Below are positions 1 to 12,469 of a stretch of DNA of 64,000 nucleotides, in pieces. The notes beneath the pieces were generated by a model. The model did no database searches. It was not told the origin of the DNA and saw only the letters and a program-made list of their open reading frames with translations. Source of the stretch: Octopus vulgaris (taxonomy: Eukaryota). The position numbers and the translations under genes were made by a program. The stretch lies in assembly GCA_951406725.2 (NCBI GenBank), contig OX597819.1, positions 122,078,001 through 122,142,000 on the forward strand, read 5' to 3'. Every line of letters starts with the position of its first letter. The stretch's first letter is position 1.

Positions 1-585
1 GCTTATTGCAGCTTCCTGTCAATCAAATCTACTCACAAGGCTTTGGTCGTCCTGAAGCCATAGTAGAAGATACTTACCAAGGGCACACGCAGTAAGACTG
101 AACTCAGGACCATGCGGTTAGGAAGCGAGCTTCTTACCGCACAGCAAAAGAAATGATTTGTCAGATTTCGTATGATTTGCATATAACTTTTGAGCAGATT
201 GTGTGAAAAGTAGAAGCTGGATATTTTTATTAACACAATAGGTACGCAGTCCCAAAAAGGACACCTGTAGTCGAATTTTAAGCCTTAATCGCCAAAACTC
301 GCATATTATAATCTAATACTGACCTTTCATATCAATAAAACGGAAAATGAAACAGCTGTCAGATATTTTCGGTTCATTTTGTTTTTTAGTAATTTAGGCG
401 TTGGCTTGGCTGTGCGGTCGAGAAGTTCACTTCAAAGCCGCGTTGTTCGAGTTCTCTCTCACTGCGCGGCACTTTGGGTAAATGTTTGAATGTCTTCTAG
501 CCTTCTCTACCTCTAACTCTAGCGCAATCAACACATATAAGTGAATACAATAGCTGAAAACTGAGCAGGAAATCCGTCGTTTAAG

Positions 586-636
<51 letters not shown>

Positions 637-638
<2 letters not shown>

Positions 639-1007
639 TCTTTTATTTGTTTCAGTCGTTTGACACGGCCATGCTGGAGCGAATCGACCCCAGGACATAT
701 TCTTTGGAAGCCTAGTACTTATTCTATCGGTCTCTCTTGCCGAACCGCTAAGTGACGGGGACCTGAACACACCAGCACCGGTTGTCAAGCGATGTTGGGG
801 GTAACAAACACAGACACACAAACATATACATACATTATTTATATATATGACGGGCTTCTTTCAGTTTCCCTCTACCAAATCCACTCACAAGGCTTTGGTC
901 GGCCCAAGACTATAGTAGAAGACACTTGCTCAAGGTGCCACGCAGTGGGACTGAACTCGGGACCATGTAGTTGGTAAGCAAGCTACTTACCACACAGCCA
1001 CTCCTGC
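637..1007 (-). mobile_element. SINE family A (tRNA-derived head, internal TA/TG microsatellite), near full length
   Basis: Reverse complement of the family consensus GCAGGAGTGGCTGTGTGGTAAG...TTCAGTCCCACTGCGTGGCAC...GCTCCAGCATGGCC...TGAAACAA, which recurs >12 times in the window; A-box-like TGGCTGTGTGG, B-box-like GTTCAGTCCC. Confidence 0.9.
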
Positions 1008-1467
1008 ATATGCGTATTCTTTTACTGGTTTCAGTCATTTGAGGTGCATTCAAAAAGAATCCTATTTTATTCTTTTCTTGCCAAAACTAATGCCGCGTGG
1101 GCAAAATGCTTTGAGTGGGAGGTAACACCACCCTTCCTGCGCATGCATGAAAATTTTCGTGCGGTAGGTCGTGTTAGTTCCTGGTTGTTACACCTAGAGT
1201 ACAGACGTATATATAATTAAAGACAGATAATGATATATACCAATACATAGAGGTTATGAGAGGTAATGGTGTCAATAAACCCAAAGGTATCAGGTAATGC
1301 GGAGTAAGTGCTATGGACAGACAATAGTTAAGCTCCAGGTTCGTTGATTATGCGAATGAGGAGTCCATCCTAGGCCATATATCAGCATGTGTATATATAA
1401 AAAAATTTTCTGAATGAAATAAAAATCCAAGGCTCTGAAAGATTTCAGAACATTTATAAATAGAAAA

Positions 1468-1513
1468 TCTTACAGCTGTTTCCGGGATATTTTATATATC
1501 TCTTCATCGGAGA
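1468..1513 (-). ncRNA. Minimal type I hammerhead ribozyme motif (U4C core variant)
   Basis: Minus strand tct-CCGATGA-a.gagatat ataaa atatccc.g-GAAAC agct GTA-aga; stem I tct/aga, palindromic stem III ACAGCTGT. Confidence 0.6.
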
Positions 1514-2524
1514 CGGTGTGAGAAAATGATTAAGCAATAGTTATTCTAGATAAGATATGAAATAGAGAGTGAAGCGGAGGAATGTAAATAGACGTGAGAT
1601 ATGCAGGGATATTGTATATGTAGTTCTAATATTTAAGCAGAATGGTATACATATAAGATTCCAGTACCTTGTGAATAAGTTCCAATAGTATTTAAAACTG
1701 GTCATCCCAAGCATAGGGTTTGTACACGGTGTTAGTGAATCGAGGGCTTTATTTAAAGGGACTTAAAAGTTAGGAATATATTTGTATGGTCAAATCAAAA
1801 ACAGGAAGAGGGGAAAAATGAAAACAAAAAAGAAAGAAAAAAAGAAAAAAAGAAAAGCGGGGAGAAAGATAATAGAGTTCTGAGGTTGATTTGATCGACT
1901 GAAATTTTCAAGGTGATGCCCCAGCATGACCGCAGCCCAATGACTGAAACAGCTAAAATAGTTTAAAGGGTAAAAAATTAACAGGCAGAAAAGATAAACG
2001 GACAAGCTTCTAATTAATCTTTCGCCCTGCTAGAAATAACATCCAATCTCCCTAAAGCACACTCAATAACTTATAATAAAAAATATTATTCGTTGGACAA
2101 AGTTGTCTCAAATTAAGATGAAGTGGTCATAGTTGAACTGTCTTTGATCATAAGTCTACTTTCTCGCTCAGAGCAAAACTGGAGATAAATAACAACAATA
2201 ACTACAAAAGATTTAACTACTTTGGACAAAGCGTTCCATCCCATCAGTGTCATTTTCTTTGGACTCGATTGCTGAGGCCGACTTTAATTTTCACTAAAAT
2301 AAAGTACCAGTCAAGTACTGGGGTCGATGCAGTTGATTTACACCTCTCTCTAAAATTGCTGGCCACCTCCATCTTCCCCTGAGTGCATCAATCATCGCCT
2401 CTCGTATGACTTTCTCGCTTCTTTCTTTCGTTTAAACTTTCATTTATTTTCTGCTCCTTCAGACCGTTGCACAATTTACACTACATTATTATTGTATTGA
2501 CACTTTATTTCACGTAGCTCCAGT

Positions 2525-2740
2525 TCACTCAGCTGTAGAAATGAGTTGCGACGTCACTGGTGCCAAGCTGTATCGGCCCCATTGCCTTTCCCTTGGACAA
2601 CATCGGTGACGTGGAGAGGGGAGATCGGTATGCATGGGCGACTGCTGGTCTTCCATAAAACAACCTTGCCCAGACTTGTGCCTCAGAGGGTAACTCTCTA
2701 GGTGCAAACCCATGGTCAGCGTCTGACCGAAGGGGGTCTT
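2525..2740 (+). mobile_element. 5'-truncated SINE body/tail fragment
   Basis: Starts with CACTCAGCTG..AAATGAGT, also in SINE bodies near 16310, 16930 and 45840; GC-richer than its flanks. Confidence 0.45.
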
Positions 2741-2741
2741 A

Positions 2742-3178
2742 CTATTTCTTTACTACACACAGAGGGGACAAACAAGGACAGACAAACGGATTAAGTCGAT
2801 TATATCGACCCCAGTGCGTAACTGGTACTTATTTAATCGACCCCGAAAGGATGAAAGGCAAAGTCGACCTCGGCGGAATTTGAACTCAGAACGTAACGGC
2901 AAACAAAATACCGCTACGCATTTCGTCCGGCATGCTAATGTTTCTTATTTCTTTATTGCCCACAAGGGGCTAAACATAGAGGGGACAAACAAGGACAGAC
3001 AAACGGATTAAGTCGTTTATATCGACCCCAGTGCGTAACTGGTACTTATTTAGTCGAAGACGAAAGGATGAAAGGTAAAGTCGACCTCGGCGGAATTTGA
3101 ACTCAGAACGTAACGGCAGACGAAATACGGCCACGCATTTCGCCCGGCGTGCTAACAGTTCTGCCAGCTCGCCGCCTT
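2742..3178 (-). mobile_element. SINE family B tandem dimer (tRNA-like head, GTCGAC...CATCCTTTCGGGGTCGATAAA core)
   Basis: Two copies of the family consensus joined at GCTAATGTTTC|TTATTTCTTT (~2944); sense head GGCGGCGAGCTGGCAGAA, B box GAGTTCAAATTCC. Confidence 0.9.
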
Positions 3179-3614
3179 TCATTATTGTGTTACATTAAAC
3201 AGTTGGACAAGTGTTCCCAGGGGCGGAGTGGTCGATTTTCCAACCAAGGTGTTGACTGTTCGTATCCCATAGGCTGTCAGATAAATTCGTCCGTTTTTTG
3301 TTTTTTTTTTTTCTATCTTAATGTTATTTGAATTATCATGAAAAATATTTTTGTCGTAGTTTTTGTTTTTGGTGGCAATTTTCTTCCTCTACATCGTTTC
3401 TGAAATTTTAATAATTTTTATCTCTTTTCAGACTTGAAGATGGAGTGCCAACTAGGAAAAACAACGAATATATGTGACACTTCAATACTTTCTCAACGAC
3501 CGAGCTACGTAACTCTCAACTACTAAGTCCCTATTAACTGCTGGTAAGGACACGGTATTTCGTTAGGCAATCATAAAATACTACCAAGTGTATTAAAGTC
3601 CTATCAGTCAATAT

Positions 3615-4049
3615 GGATCTTTTCGGCTTGAACGGCAGTTTTTTTCTTGCGGTGTCATATGAAATTGTCACCCATAATTATGACCCTAATATCGAGCTAT
3701 TGCATTTCAATCTTGTTTAGGGTTTAGGGTTAGTTAGGGTTAGGGTTAGGATTGGGGGGGAGGGTATCTTTTTTTCTTCACAAATGTAAAACCCAATCTG
3801 TTTCTTAAACAAGGAACATATTCATACGGCACAGAATGGGTTTTTTTTAACTTAATGGACGTCATCGATTGGTTGAAATCGCAGAAATTGAAGAAAAAAA
3901 CAGCAAATATCTTACAAACTATAGAATCTTCTCAATAAAGCCAAGAGAAAAAGATGTTTTATAAACACATTCTACCAGTATACGAAGTTTAAAATTTTTT
4001 AGTTACCTAGAAATTATGTTAAAAACTGCCGTTCAAACCGAAAAGATCC
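3615..4049. mobile_element. Non-autonomous TIR DNA transposon (MITE) with internal TTAGGG repeats
   Basis: ~29-bp TIRs GGATCTTTTCGGCTTGAACGGCAGTTTTT / AAAAACTGCCGTTCAAACCGAAAAGATCC; flanking direct repeat GTCAATAT (3607-3614) / GTCAATAC (4050-4057). Confidence 0.85.
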
Positions 4050-5464
4050 GTCAATACTGTAGGAATAACTTAGAAAACAAAGGCGAAATTCATATTACTT
4101 TAATCAGTGGAAGTATAGTAAAATTCGCAAAGCATTTGATTGGCTTCCAGTGATGAATTCAACCCGTCCATTAGTGGCACGTGACTTAAAACTGCATTGA
4201 AGTCGAGCATATATTGATTGATACTTCTATTTACGAAATTCATATTACTGACAAAGGAAGTTTACATTGTGAGAGGGTCGCATCTGACCGAGTCGTTGCA
4301 GTGCAAGTAAGCGCGCATGCGTGCATGTGTATGTGTATAACAGAAAAATAAAGGAAGTTCATACCGAGGCGTGTAGTGTATGTTATGACGTCATGTCAGT
4401 CTCTGTACTGCTGTCGTCTGCTTACAGCATTTGGCTGACAAATATTTATCTTGGTTGGAAAAAATTGATTTTCATTTCAGGAATTTTCTTCAAGCTTACT
4501 TTTTATTTGTATTTGAAGTAATCTAAAAAGATTTTTCAAACAAACGCCGAGGAATAGTAGTGGGGGTTGCGCCGTTAAATAAAAGAAGGGTAAAAACTAA
4601 GAGATCTGGGTCCATGATTTCGTTAGATTGTACAAATATAAAATCGTACTTGCATAGCGTACATTACTCAATGGATTAGATTCCAACACGTGAATTTTAT
4701 TTTCATGTATGTTTTGACACATGGTGAGGTCTGGTCGCTTGTACGTTTCCTAGTGCAAAAGTGACCTTATTTAATTTCTCGAAGTAGTTTATTTTAATTA
4801 TTATTTGTTTCACCTTAACTAGCAACAAACGAGTCTCATCTAGGATTTCACCTTTCATTTTCATACAAGAGAATCAGAGCGTTCAAGGTATATCGATGAG
4901 TCAGCATTTGTAATCCATCGTTGATGCTGAATTAAATCCTCGACTGAAATTCATTTTGGTTCAGCCTGCTTGGTTCTAAATAAATATTTATCCATCCAAA
5001 TGTAGAGAAGTAAAAGCTCATAAACTCTATATTTTGCATTCAGTTTGTACCGAGGTTCCTTCTGAGTATAGAACTATCACTTTCGGGTTTCCTAGTTCAG
5101 GGTCACGGCCTATCCTAATACTATTATAGAATGCGAAGCTAGTTGGAAAAAAACTAAATGTGTGACCACAAAATGCATTATCGTATAAGCGAACATAGTT
5201 CGGCCAATCAGATCGGTTGGAGTGTAACCAAGTGAACTGAGATATTTGGGCCAAATAGGTAGAGCTTTCCAAAAGTCCCTTAAGGTGTTATAAAAGCTGG
5301 AATTTTGAGTTCCAGAACAATCTCAGATATCACACAGAACTGTCGATCAGTTTTGTGATAAGGTAGTCTCACTTTCTTTTAAATACTTTCTCTGTCGGAA
5401 TCAGTAATAAGCTTCGTATTTACAAATGCGTAATCGTTCATTTTGTAAATTGGCGTTTACTTAC

Positions 5465-5866
5465 ATACAAGGGGCTAAACACAGAGAGGACAAACAAGGA
5501 CAGACAAACGGATTAAGTCGATTATATCGACCCCAGTGCGTAACTGGTTCTTAATTTATCGACCCCGAAAGGATGAAAGGCAAAGTCGACATCAGCGGAA
5601 TTTGAACTCAGAACGTAACCGCTGACGAAATACCTATTTCTTTACTACCCACAAGGAGGTAAACACAGAGGGGACAAACAAGGACAGACATAGGTATTAA
5701 GTCGATTATATCGACCCCAGTGCGTAACTGGTACTTATTTAATCGACCCCGAAAGGATGAAAGGCAAAGTCGACCTCGGCGGAACTTGAACTCAGAACGT
5801 AACGGCAGACGAAATACCGCTAAGCATTTCACACGGCGTGCTAACATTTCTGCCAGCTCGCTGCCT
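5465..5866 (-). mobile_element. SINE family B tandem dimer
   Basis: Two consensus copies joined at GACGAAATAC|CTATTTCTTT (~5633). Confidence 0.9.
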
Positions 5867-6589
5867 TTTACTTATATACCGTCTCTATAATTGCAAATGA
5901 GTAGCTCGAAGATACCGAAGGAATAAAGGAACGGAAAAGAATAAAAAGACTTCAGGATTCGAAAAATGGGGGAGGGGGAATCCTTGTTCGACTGAAAAAC
6001 TATCAGTTACCCCGAGTTGCTTATCACAATTAAAGAAACGAATAACAATACTCCTTGCTAGTAAAAGGGTCGAAAATAAAATAGAAACAATGTTTGGAAA
6101 GTGTCAAAAAAAGAGAAACACTTGAGTATGAATTAATCATCGCGAAACAGGAGTGAAAATCTGTCAGTGAAAAACACTTACATCAGAAGAGAGTATCTGA
6201 AAGAAATATTTTTGAAAATCTAACTAGGTAATTAATCAAAACCAACCAATAGTTTGTAGAGATATGAGGGAGACAATTGATAACTATCACAAATTCTCAT
6301 TTTTAAGAAGATACTGTTTCTTTCTGAAGAATAATCTGGAGAGAGAAAAAGGAGTTGAGTTAGAACGAAGGGAGACTAGAAGAAATACGAAAGATATTTC
6401 CTCTGTATAACACCAAAACTATTCGACATTAATGGTGATAAGCTTGAAACTGACATTCAAAATTTTCAGGATAGTAAAGCAATAGGAAAAGACTTATTTG
6501 TCGGACATGGGTACAAGAACAACTGACATGCTGTTTTGTTGGTCGTTAGTAGCGTCGCCTAAACATCTTTCACCTGCGCTGTCTTCAGA

Positions 6590-7075
6590 AAATCCATCGT
6601 ATCAAATGGCAGAACCATATCCCCAACAAAGATGTCCTCAGGCAAGCAGGAATCCAAGCATATTTGCACTCCTCACACAAAGACGTATGAGATAGGTCTG
6701 TGGGTAGACCGTTCTTACGTTACAAGGATGTTTGCAAAAGGGACATGAAGGCCTGCAACATCAATATTAGCGGTTGGGAGGCAGTTGCCGGCAACCGTGG
6801 AGACTGGCGACGTACCGTAAAAGAGGGAATACAAAGGAGTGACAGAGAAAGAGAGGAGAAATGTAAAGACAAGAAAAGACGTCAAGAAACTATGGCATTA
6901 CAACCAGCCAGGAACAGTCTTCGCTACATTTGCGGCACCTGCCAGAGGGAGTGTTTGTCCAGGATAGGACTACACAGCCACAGCAGGAAATGTATCAGGA
7001 CATGAAATGTAAAAGCCGGACTAGACTACTTTATGCGCAACTCCATTGTCTCCCGAGACAAAAAGGATGCCAACC
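6590..7075 (+). pseudogene. 3' fragment of RTE-clade LINE ORF (C-terminus with C2H2-like finger)
   Basis: ORF 6700-7005 GRPFLRYKDVCKRDMKAC..WEAVAGNRGDWR...CGTCQRECLSRIGLHSHSRKC matches the typical RTE/BovB C-terminus; upstream IQAYLHSSHKDV-frame region is degraded. Confidence 0.85.
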
Positions 7076-7411
7076 AGTAGCAAGCTCTAGTTGCTTGGAA
7101 AAACACTTAATCTTCCAAAATAGTCACACAAATATGGCAATAAAACTATCAGCGAATTGCTTACTAAAATCTAACGATATATATATATTTTTTACTTGTT
7201 TCAGTCAAGGGAGTACAGCCATGCTGGAGCAGCACTTTGGAGGGTTTCAGTCGAAAAAAATCTAGCCCGGTACTTATTTATTCAAGGTCTGCTACTTATT
7301 CTGTCGGTTTCTTTTGCCGAACCACTAGGTTATACGGACGTAAAAAAACCAAACCAACATTAGTTTTATAGCAATGGTGGGTCAAACACACATACGCGCG
7401 TGCGTGCGCAT

Positions 7412-7444
<33 letters not shown>

Positions 7445-7476
7445 AAAAATATATACATATATGCACATATATTTAT

Positions 7477-7558
<82 letters not shown>

Positions 7559-7732
7559 CAATAATAATTCTCTAAAAGGAGATATAGACAGTAACTGCTC
7601 GATAACATAAGGGACTAAAGCCATCTGAATATGGCTAGGGACAGGGCAGGGTGGTGGGGGTGTTACTGTTGCATTTAGCCCCAGGCTATATATACATATA
7701 TAATCAAAAATAGGCAACAAGAATAACTCCGG

Positions 7733-7825
7733 TAATTTGGTACAATTGTTTCGCACTACATCATTTTATTAAAAGTTGTAAGTATTACAGCAGATTTAAG
7801 ATACTGAGTGCTCATCAGCCAATTA
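7733..7825 (-). ncRNA. Type I hammerhead ribozyme with canonical core and long loop II
   Basis: Minus strand ttgg-CTGATGA-gcact...(~49 nt)...agtgc-GAAAC aatt GTA-ccaa; all core nucleotides present, stem III palindrome ACAATTGT. Confidence 0.85.
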
Positions 7826-7882
7826 TATAGGTTTTCCAATAATACAAAAGCTTTCAAATCAAGTAGTAACATTATAGAGAAG

Positions 7883-8509
7883 GTAGATATGCAGACAAAG
7901 ATGTAGATTTAAATTTTAAGAACATATGAGGTTGTGAAGTCCAGCCACTGACTGACCAAGCTATGGCTGTATCTAACTGCTATAAGATTAGAAGTAATAA
8001 AGATTTTTTAGTTGTAGGAATGGGGTAAGGGAGGTTTCAGAATACCATAAAAGGAATTCAAGTCGCCACTAACAAAATGCCAATTACTGCTATTTGGTGA
8101 GAGGAATTAGGTCAATGTCAAATGGTCATTAATCCCCTTTACAGAGAGTAGGGAATAAACTATCACTTATTATTATGGGTAGGCATAGTATTTTATAACT
8201 GGGGGAAAGTTTTATTAATTTTAAAACTAGATTAGATTTAGAAAAAATTCCAATTTCAAGTTTATAGTGAAGTTTTTTTAGTCATCTATGAAAGTTAAAT
8301 TGAAAGCTAGTATAGTATATTTCTTATTATTATTATAATATATAGGCACGGGAGTGGCTGTGTGGTAAGTAGCTTGCTTACCAACCACATGATTCCGGGT
8401 TCAGTCCCACTGCGTAGCATCTTGGGCAAGTGTCTTCTGCTATAGCCCCGGGCCGACCAATGCTTTGTGAGTGGATTTGGTAGACGGAAACTGAAAGAAG
8501 CCTGTCGTA

Positions 8510-8579
<70 letters not shown>

Positions 8580-9094
8580 GAGGGTTGTGTGTCTGTGTTT
8601 GTCCCCCTAGCATTGCTTCACAACCGATGCTGGTGTGTTTACGTCCCCGTCACTTAGCGGTTCGGCAAAAGAGACCGATAGAATAAGTCCTGGGCTTACA
8701 AAGAATAAGTCCCGGGGTCGATTTGATCGACTAAAGGCGATGCTCCAGCATGGCCGCAGTCAAATGACTGAAACAAGTAAAAGAGTAAAAGAGTATAATA
8801 AAAAGTTAAAATTTGAAAAGTATAGGAATACTCACAATTTTTATTTAAAGTATTTAAACGTTCGGGTTGTGGAATGTATGCAAATAGCAGTAATTGGCAT
8901 TTTTTTAGTGGCGACTTGAATTCCTTTTATGGTATTCTGAAACCTCCCTCACCCCATTCCTACAACTAAAAAATCTTTATTACTTCTAATCTTATAGCAG
9001 TTAGATACAGCCATAGCTTGGTCAGTCAGTGGCTGGACTTCACTACCTCATATGTTCTTAAAATTTTAATCTACATCTTTGTCTGCATATCTAC
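7883..9094. repeat. Long inverted repeat, ~214-bp arms (7883-8096 / 8881-9094)
   Basis: GTAGATATGCAGACAAAG...GCTATTTG is mirrored by CAAATAGC...CTTTGTCTGCATATCTAC with few mismatches; a SINE A lies in the loop. Confidence 0.9.
8344..8793 (+). mobile_element. SINE family A, full length
   Basis: Head, internal (TA)n(TG)n, body and (GTAAAAGA)n tail. Confidence 0.92.
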
Positions 9095-9261
9095 TTTCAT
9101 TCTTGTTGCTTATTTTTTATTATAATCACTCCGAAAATTTTTATGGATAACACCATACAAAATTATGGTGCATCTAAATTAAGTACCATATTCATTTGAA
9201 TCTAAATTGTTTGCTGAACTTAGCTGAATACAATAGCTGAAAACTGAGCAGGAGGTCCGTC

Positions 9262-9302
<41 letters not shown>

Positions 9303-9308
<6 letters not shown>

Positions 9309-9377
9309 TAGATAAACTTAGATATGTTTCGACCAAAGATTGGTCCTGGCCATGTCTAACTTAATAGCACCACCTGA
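9303..9377 (-). mobile_element. 3' tail of CR1-like LINE
   Basis: Same tail as 40355-40425 (sense CAGGTGGTGCTATTAAGTTAGACATG...TCTAAGTT repeats). Confidence 0.6.
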
Positions 9378-9510
9378 TAAAAAGCGATGTGCATCGGCCG
9401 GGAACCGAAAAAAAGCGATGTGCATATATATATATATATATATACATATATATACACATATATATACATATACACACATACACACACACACACACGCACA
9501 TATATATATA

Positions 9511-10259
9511 TACTAGCAGTATCGCCCGGCGTTGCTCAGGTTTGTAAGGGAAATAACTATAAACCATTTTTAGAGAGTTATAGCCAAAAAATAGAAAAAA
9601 AATGATGGTAAATTTTTTTTGAGAGTTAAAACAGGTGGAGTTGCGTCCCCTAGACGGTCTGTGGTTTGGGTTTCTCATTCTCGACCCCATGTCGAATTTA
9701 TCGATTTTTCAGAACTGGGGGAACTTTTCAAAATTTTCGCTGCGTTAGTTTTGAATTATGACATTGGGCTATGTGTGTGTCAAGTTTCATCAGAATCGGT
9801 TGAAAGCCGTGGTCAGAGTGAGGGTACGAGAAAACAGACACACAGAAACACGCACAGACAAACTGCCGTTTATATATAGAGAGATAGCAGTATCGCCCGG
9901 CGTTGCTCAGGTTTGTAAGGGAAATAACTATAAAGCATTTTTAGAGAGTTATAGCCAAAAAATAGCAAAAAAATGGAAAAAAATGATGGTAAATTTTTTT
10001 TGAGAGTTAAAACAGGTGGAGTTGCGTCCCCTAGACGGTCTGTGGTTTGGGTTTCTCATTCTCGACCCCATGTCGAATTTATCGATTTTTTTTCAGAACT
10101 GGGGGAACTTTTCAAAATTTTCGCTGCGTTAGTTTTGAATTATGACATTGGGCTATGTGTGTGTCAAGTTTCATCAGAATCGGTTGAAAGCCGTGGTCAG
10201 AGTGAGGGTACGAGAAAACAGACACACAGAAACACGCACAGACAAACTGCCGTTTATAT

Positions 10260-10262
<3 letters not shown>
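9511..10262 (+). mobile_element. Non-autonomous Helitron-like (Lep1/HINE-style) element, head-to-tail dimer
   Basis: Units 9511-9884 and 9885-10262 nearly identical; begin (AC)TAGCAGTATCGCCCGGCGTTGC, contain AAGTTTCATCAGAATCGG and end ACAGAC...TTTATATATAGA; embedded in (TA)n; class assignment from recalled architecture. Confidence 0.6.
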
Positions 10263-10314
<52 letters not shown>

Positions 10315-10315
<1 letters not shown>

Positions 10316-10477
10316 GTCGGGCTTCTTTCAATTTCCGTCTGACAAATCTACTCACAAGGCTGTGGTCGGCTCCAGGCTATACTAGAAGATACTTGCCCAA
10401 AGTGCTACGCAGTGGGACTGAACCCGAAATCTTGTGGTTGGAAGGCAAACATCTTTCCATAGAGCCATTCTTGCGCC
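10315..10477 (-). mobile_element. SINE family A head fragment
   Basis: Matches consensus head up to the (TA)n tract. Confidence 0.8.
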
Positions 10478-10909
10478 TATGTATCAACGTTAAATATACA
10501 AAATGTACGCAGCTTGCCTGAATTGATTTCTCCGAGGTTACTGTGCCAGTGATTATATAATTATAGCTGGACAAGCAGCTCCTAAGAATGGAATTTTTGA
10601 AAAAATACCTTGAACATTTGATTCGCAAAACAATGATGTCAGAGATGCGGTGACATAACAGGATCTTAGTCACATTCAGTTTTATTCTCCATCCATTTTA
10701 GGCTAGAAACTGGTTCTTCCTCCATTGGTGAGAAATTCCGAAAGTAAAACAAGGAAAATAAACATAAATAGATATTCTCCCTGAACAGAAATGTCTTCCA
10801 AAATGATTACACCATATGCCACAAACGACATTCCTATCACCATTATATATATCTTAGCTGTAAGGCTAACTGCTCTATTGCTTCTCAGCCATTTCGTGAT
10901 AAGATTTAC

Positions 10910-11325
10910 CTATTTCTTTACTACCCACAAGGGGCTAAACATAGAGGGGACAAACAAAGACAGACAAAGGGATTACGCTGATTACATCGACCCCAGTGCG
11001 AAACTGGTACTTTATTTATCGACCCCGAAAGGATGAAGGACAAAGTCGACCTCGACGGAATTTGAACTCAGAACGTAACGACAGACGAAATACCAATTTC
11101 TTTACTGCCCACAAGGGGCTACACACACAAAGGACAAACAAGGACAGACAAACAGATTAAGTCGATTATATCGACCCCAGTGCGTAACTGGTACTTAATT
11201 TATCGACCCCAAAAGGATAACAGGCAAAGTTGACCTCGGCGGAATTTGAACTCAGAACGTAACGGTAATCGAAATACCGCTAAGCATTTCGCCCGGTGTG
11301 CTAAAGATTCTGCCAGCTCGCCGCC
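10910..11325 (-). mobile_element. SINE family B tandem dimer
   Basis: Junction GACGAAATAC|CAATTTCTTT (~11092). Confidence 0.9.
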
Positions 11326-11396
11326 TACTTATCCTACTTATCCTTATATTTCGTGATAAGATTAGCCGTCCACAGCATGGTGTCAATAACAACTGT

Positions 11397-12200
11397 GGAG
11401 GCACAATGGCCCAGTGGTTAGGGCAGCGGACTCGCGGTCGTAAGAACCCAGTTTCGATTCCCAGACCGGGCATTGTGAGTGTTTATTGAGCAAAAATACC
11501 TAAGCTCTACTAGGCTCCGGCGGGGTAGGGGTGAACCCCGCTGTACTCTTTCACCACAACTTTCTCTCACTCTTTCTTCCTACTTCTGCCACAAAGCAGG
11601 GGAACCATGGTGTAACCCACTATGGTGTGGTGAACTTTCAGACCCTAGTCTAGATTGCGAACCCTCTGTACCCAGGATGGTTCAACTCTCCACTAGTTAA
11701 AAGCCACCGTTTACGGAATGAGGATAACAACGTAGCTTTCGCACCCGTGCAACCGCCAGTCTATCGCGTGTGGTGGGTGGATCTTCAAGTTGCCACACGC
11801 ATTCTTAGTAGCTTAGAAAAGGCTCGAATGTGACTTAGTAGCTTAGAAAAAGCTCGAGTAGGATCGCGGTTTCGATTCCCAGACCGGGCGTTGTGAGTGT
11901 TTATTGAGCGAAAACACCTAAAAGCTCCACGAGGCTCCGGCAGGGGATGGTGGTGATCCCTGCTGTACTCTTTCACCACAACTTTCTCTCACTCTTACTT
12001 CCTGTTTCTCTTGTACCTGTATTTCAAAGGGCCGGCCTTGTCACTCTCTGTGTCACGCTGAATATCCCCGAGAACTACGTTAAGGGTACGCGTGTCTGTG
12101 GAGTGCTCAGCCACTTACACGTTAATTTCACGAGCAGGCTGTTCCGTTGATTCGGATCAACCGGAACCCTCATCGTCGTAACCGACGGAGTGCTTCCATC
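11397..12200 (+). mobile_element. SINE family C (tRNA head TGGCCCAGTGG / GTTTCGATTCCC), partly duplicated around a ~270-bp insert
   Basis: 11440-11580 recurs at 11858-12002; the second copy continues to the family tail ...GGAACCCTCATCGTCGTAACCGACGGAGTGC. Confidence 0.8.
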
Positions 12201-12469
12201 CAGTTATGCAACTAACTGCTTCAACATCGGTCTTAAGAAGCCGGCCTTCACAAAGCCAAACAGAACTCGGAAATTATAGCCAGAACGCATTAAAGGTAAT
12301 GGGAATAATGCCATATATATTGGAATCATCCCATAAATAATGTGGGGGGTTTTCTACATTTCTTTTATTTTTCAAAATTAAGATCAAGTTCTTTTTTTAA
12401 CCTTCTCCTTCATTTTCTACCATGCTCTTTCATCTATCTAGTAGACTTGCAGGGCCTCACACATCCTCG

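Noticed and set aside
310-365. GAAACAGCTGTC-agat, resembling a hammerhead 3' half
   Set aside because: No acceptable CUGANGA core adjacent to stem I
5027-5420. 81-aa ORF and coding-like composition, faintly retroelement RT/RNase H-like
   Set aside because: No diagnostic motif recognisable; needs a profile search
8344-8420. tRNA-like A/B boxes in SINE heads
   Set aside because: No complete cloverleaf; these are SINE promoters, not tRNA genes
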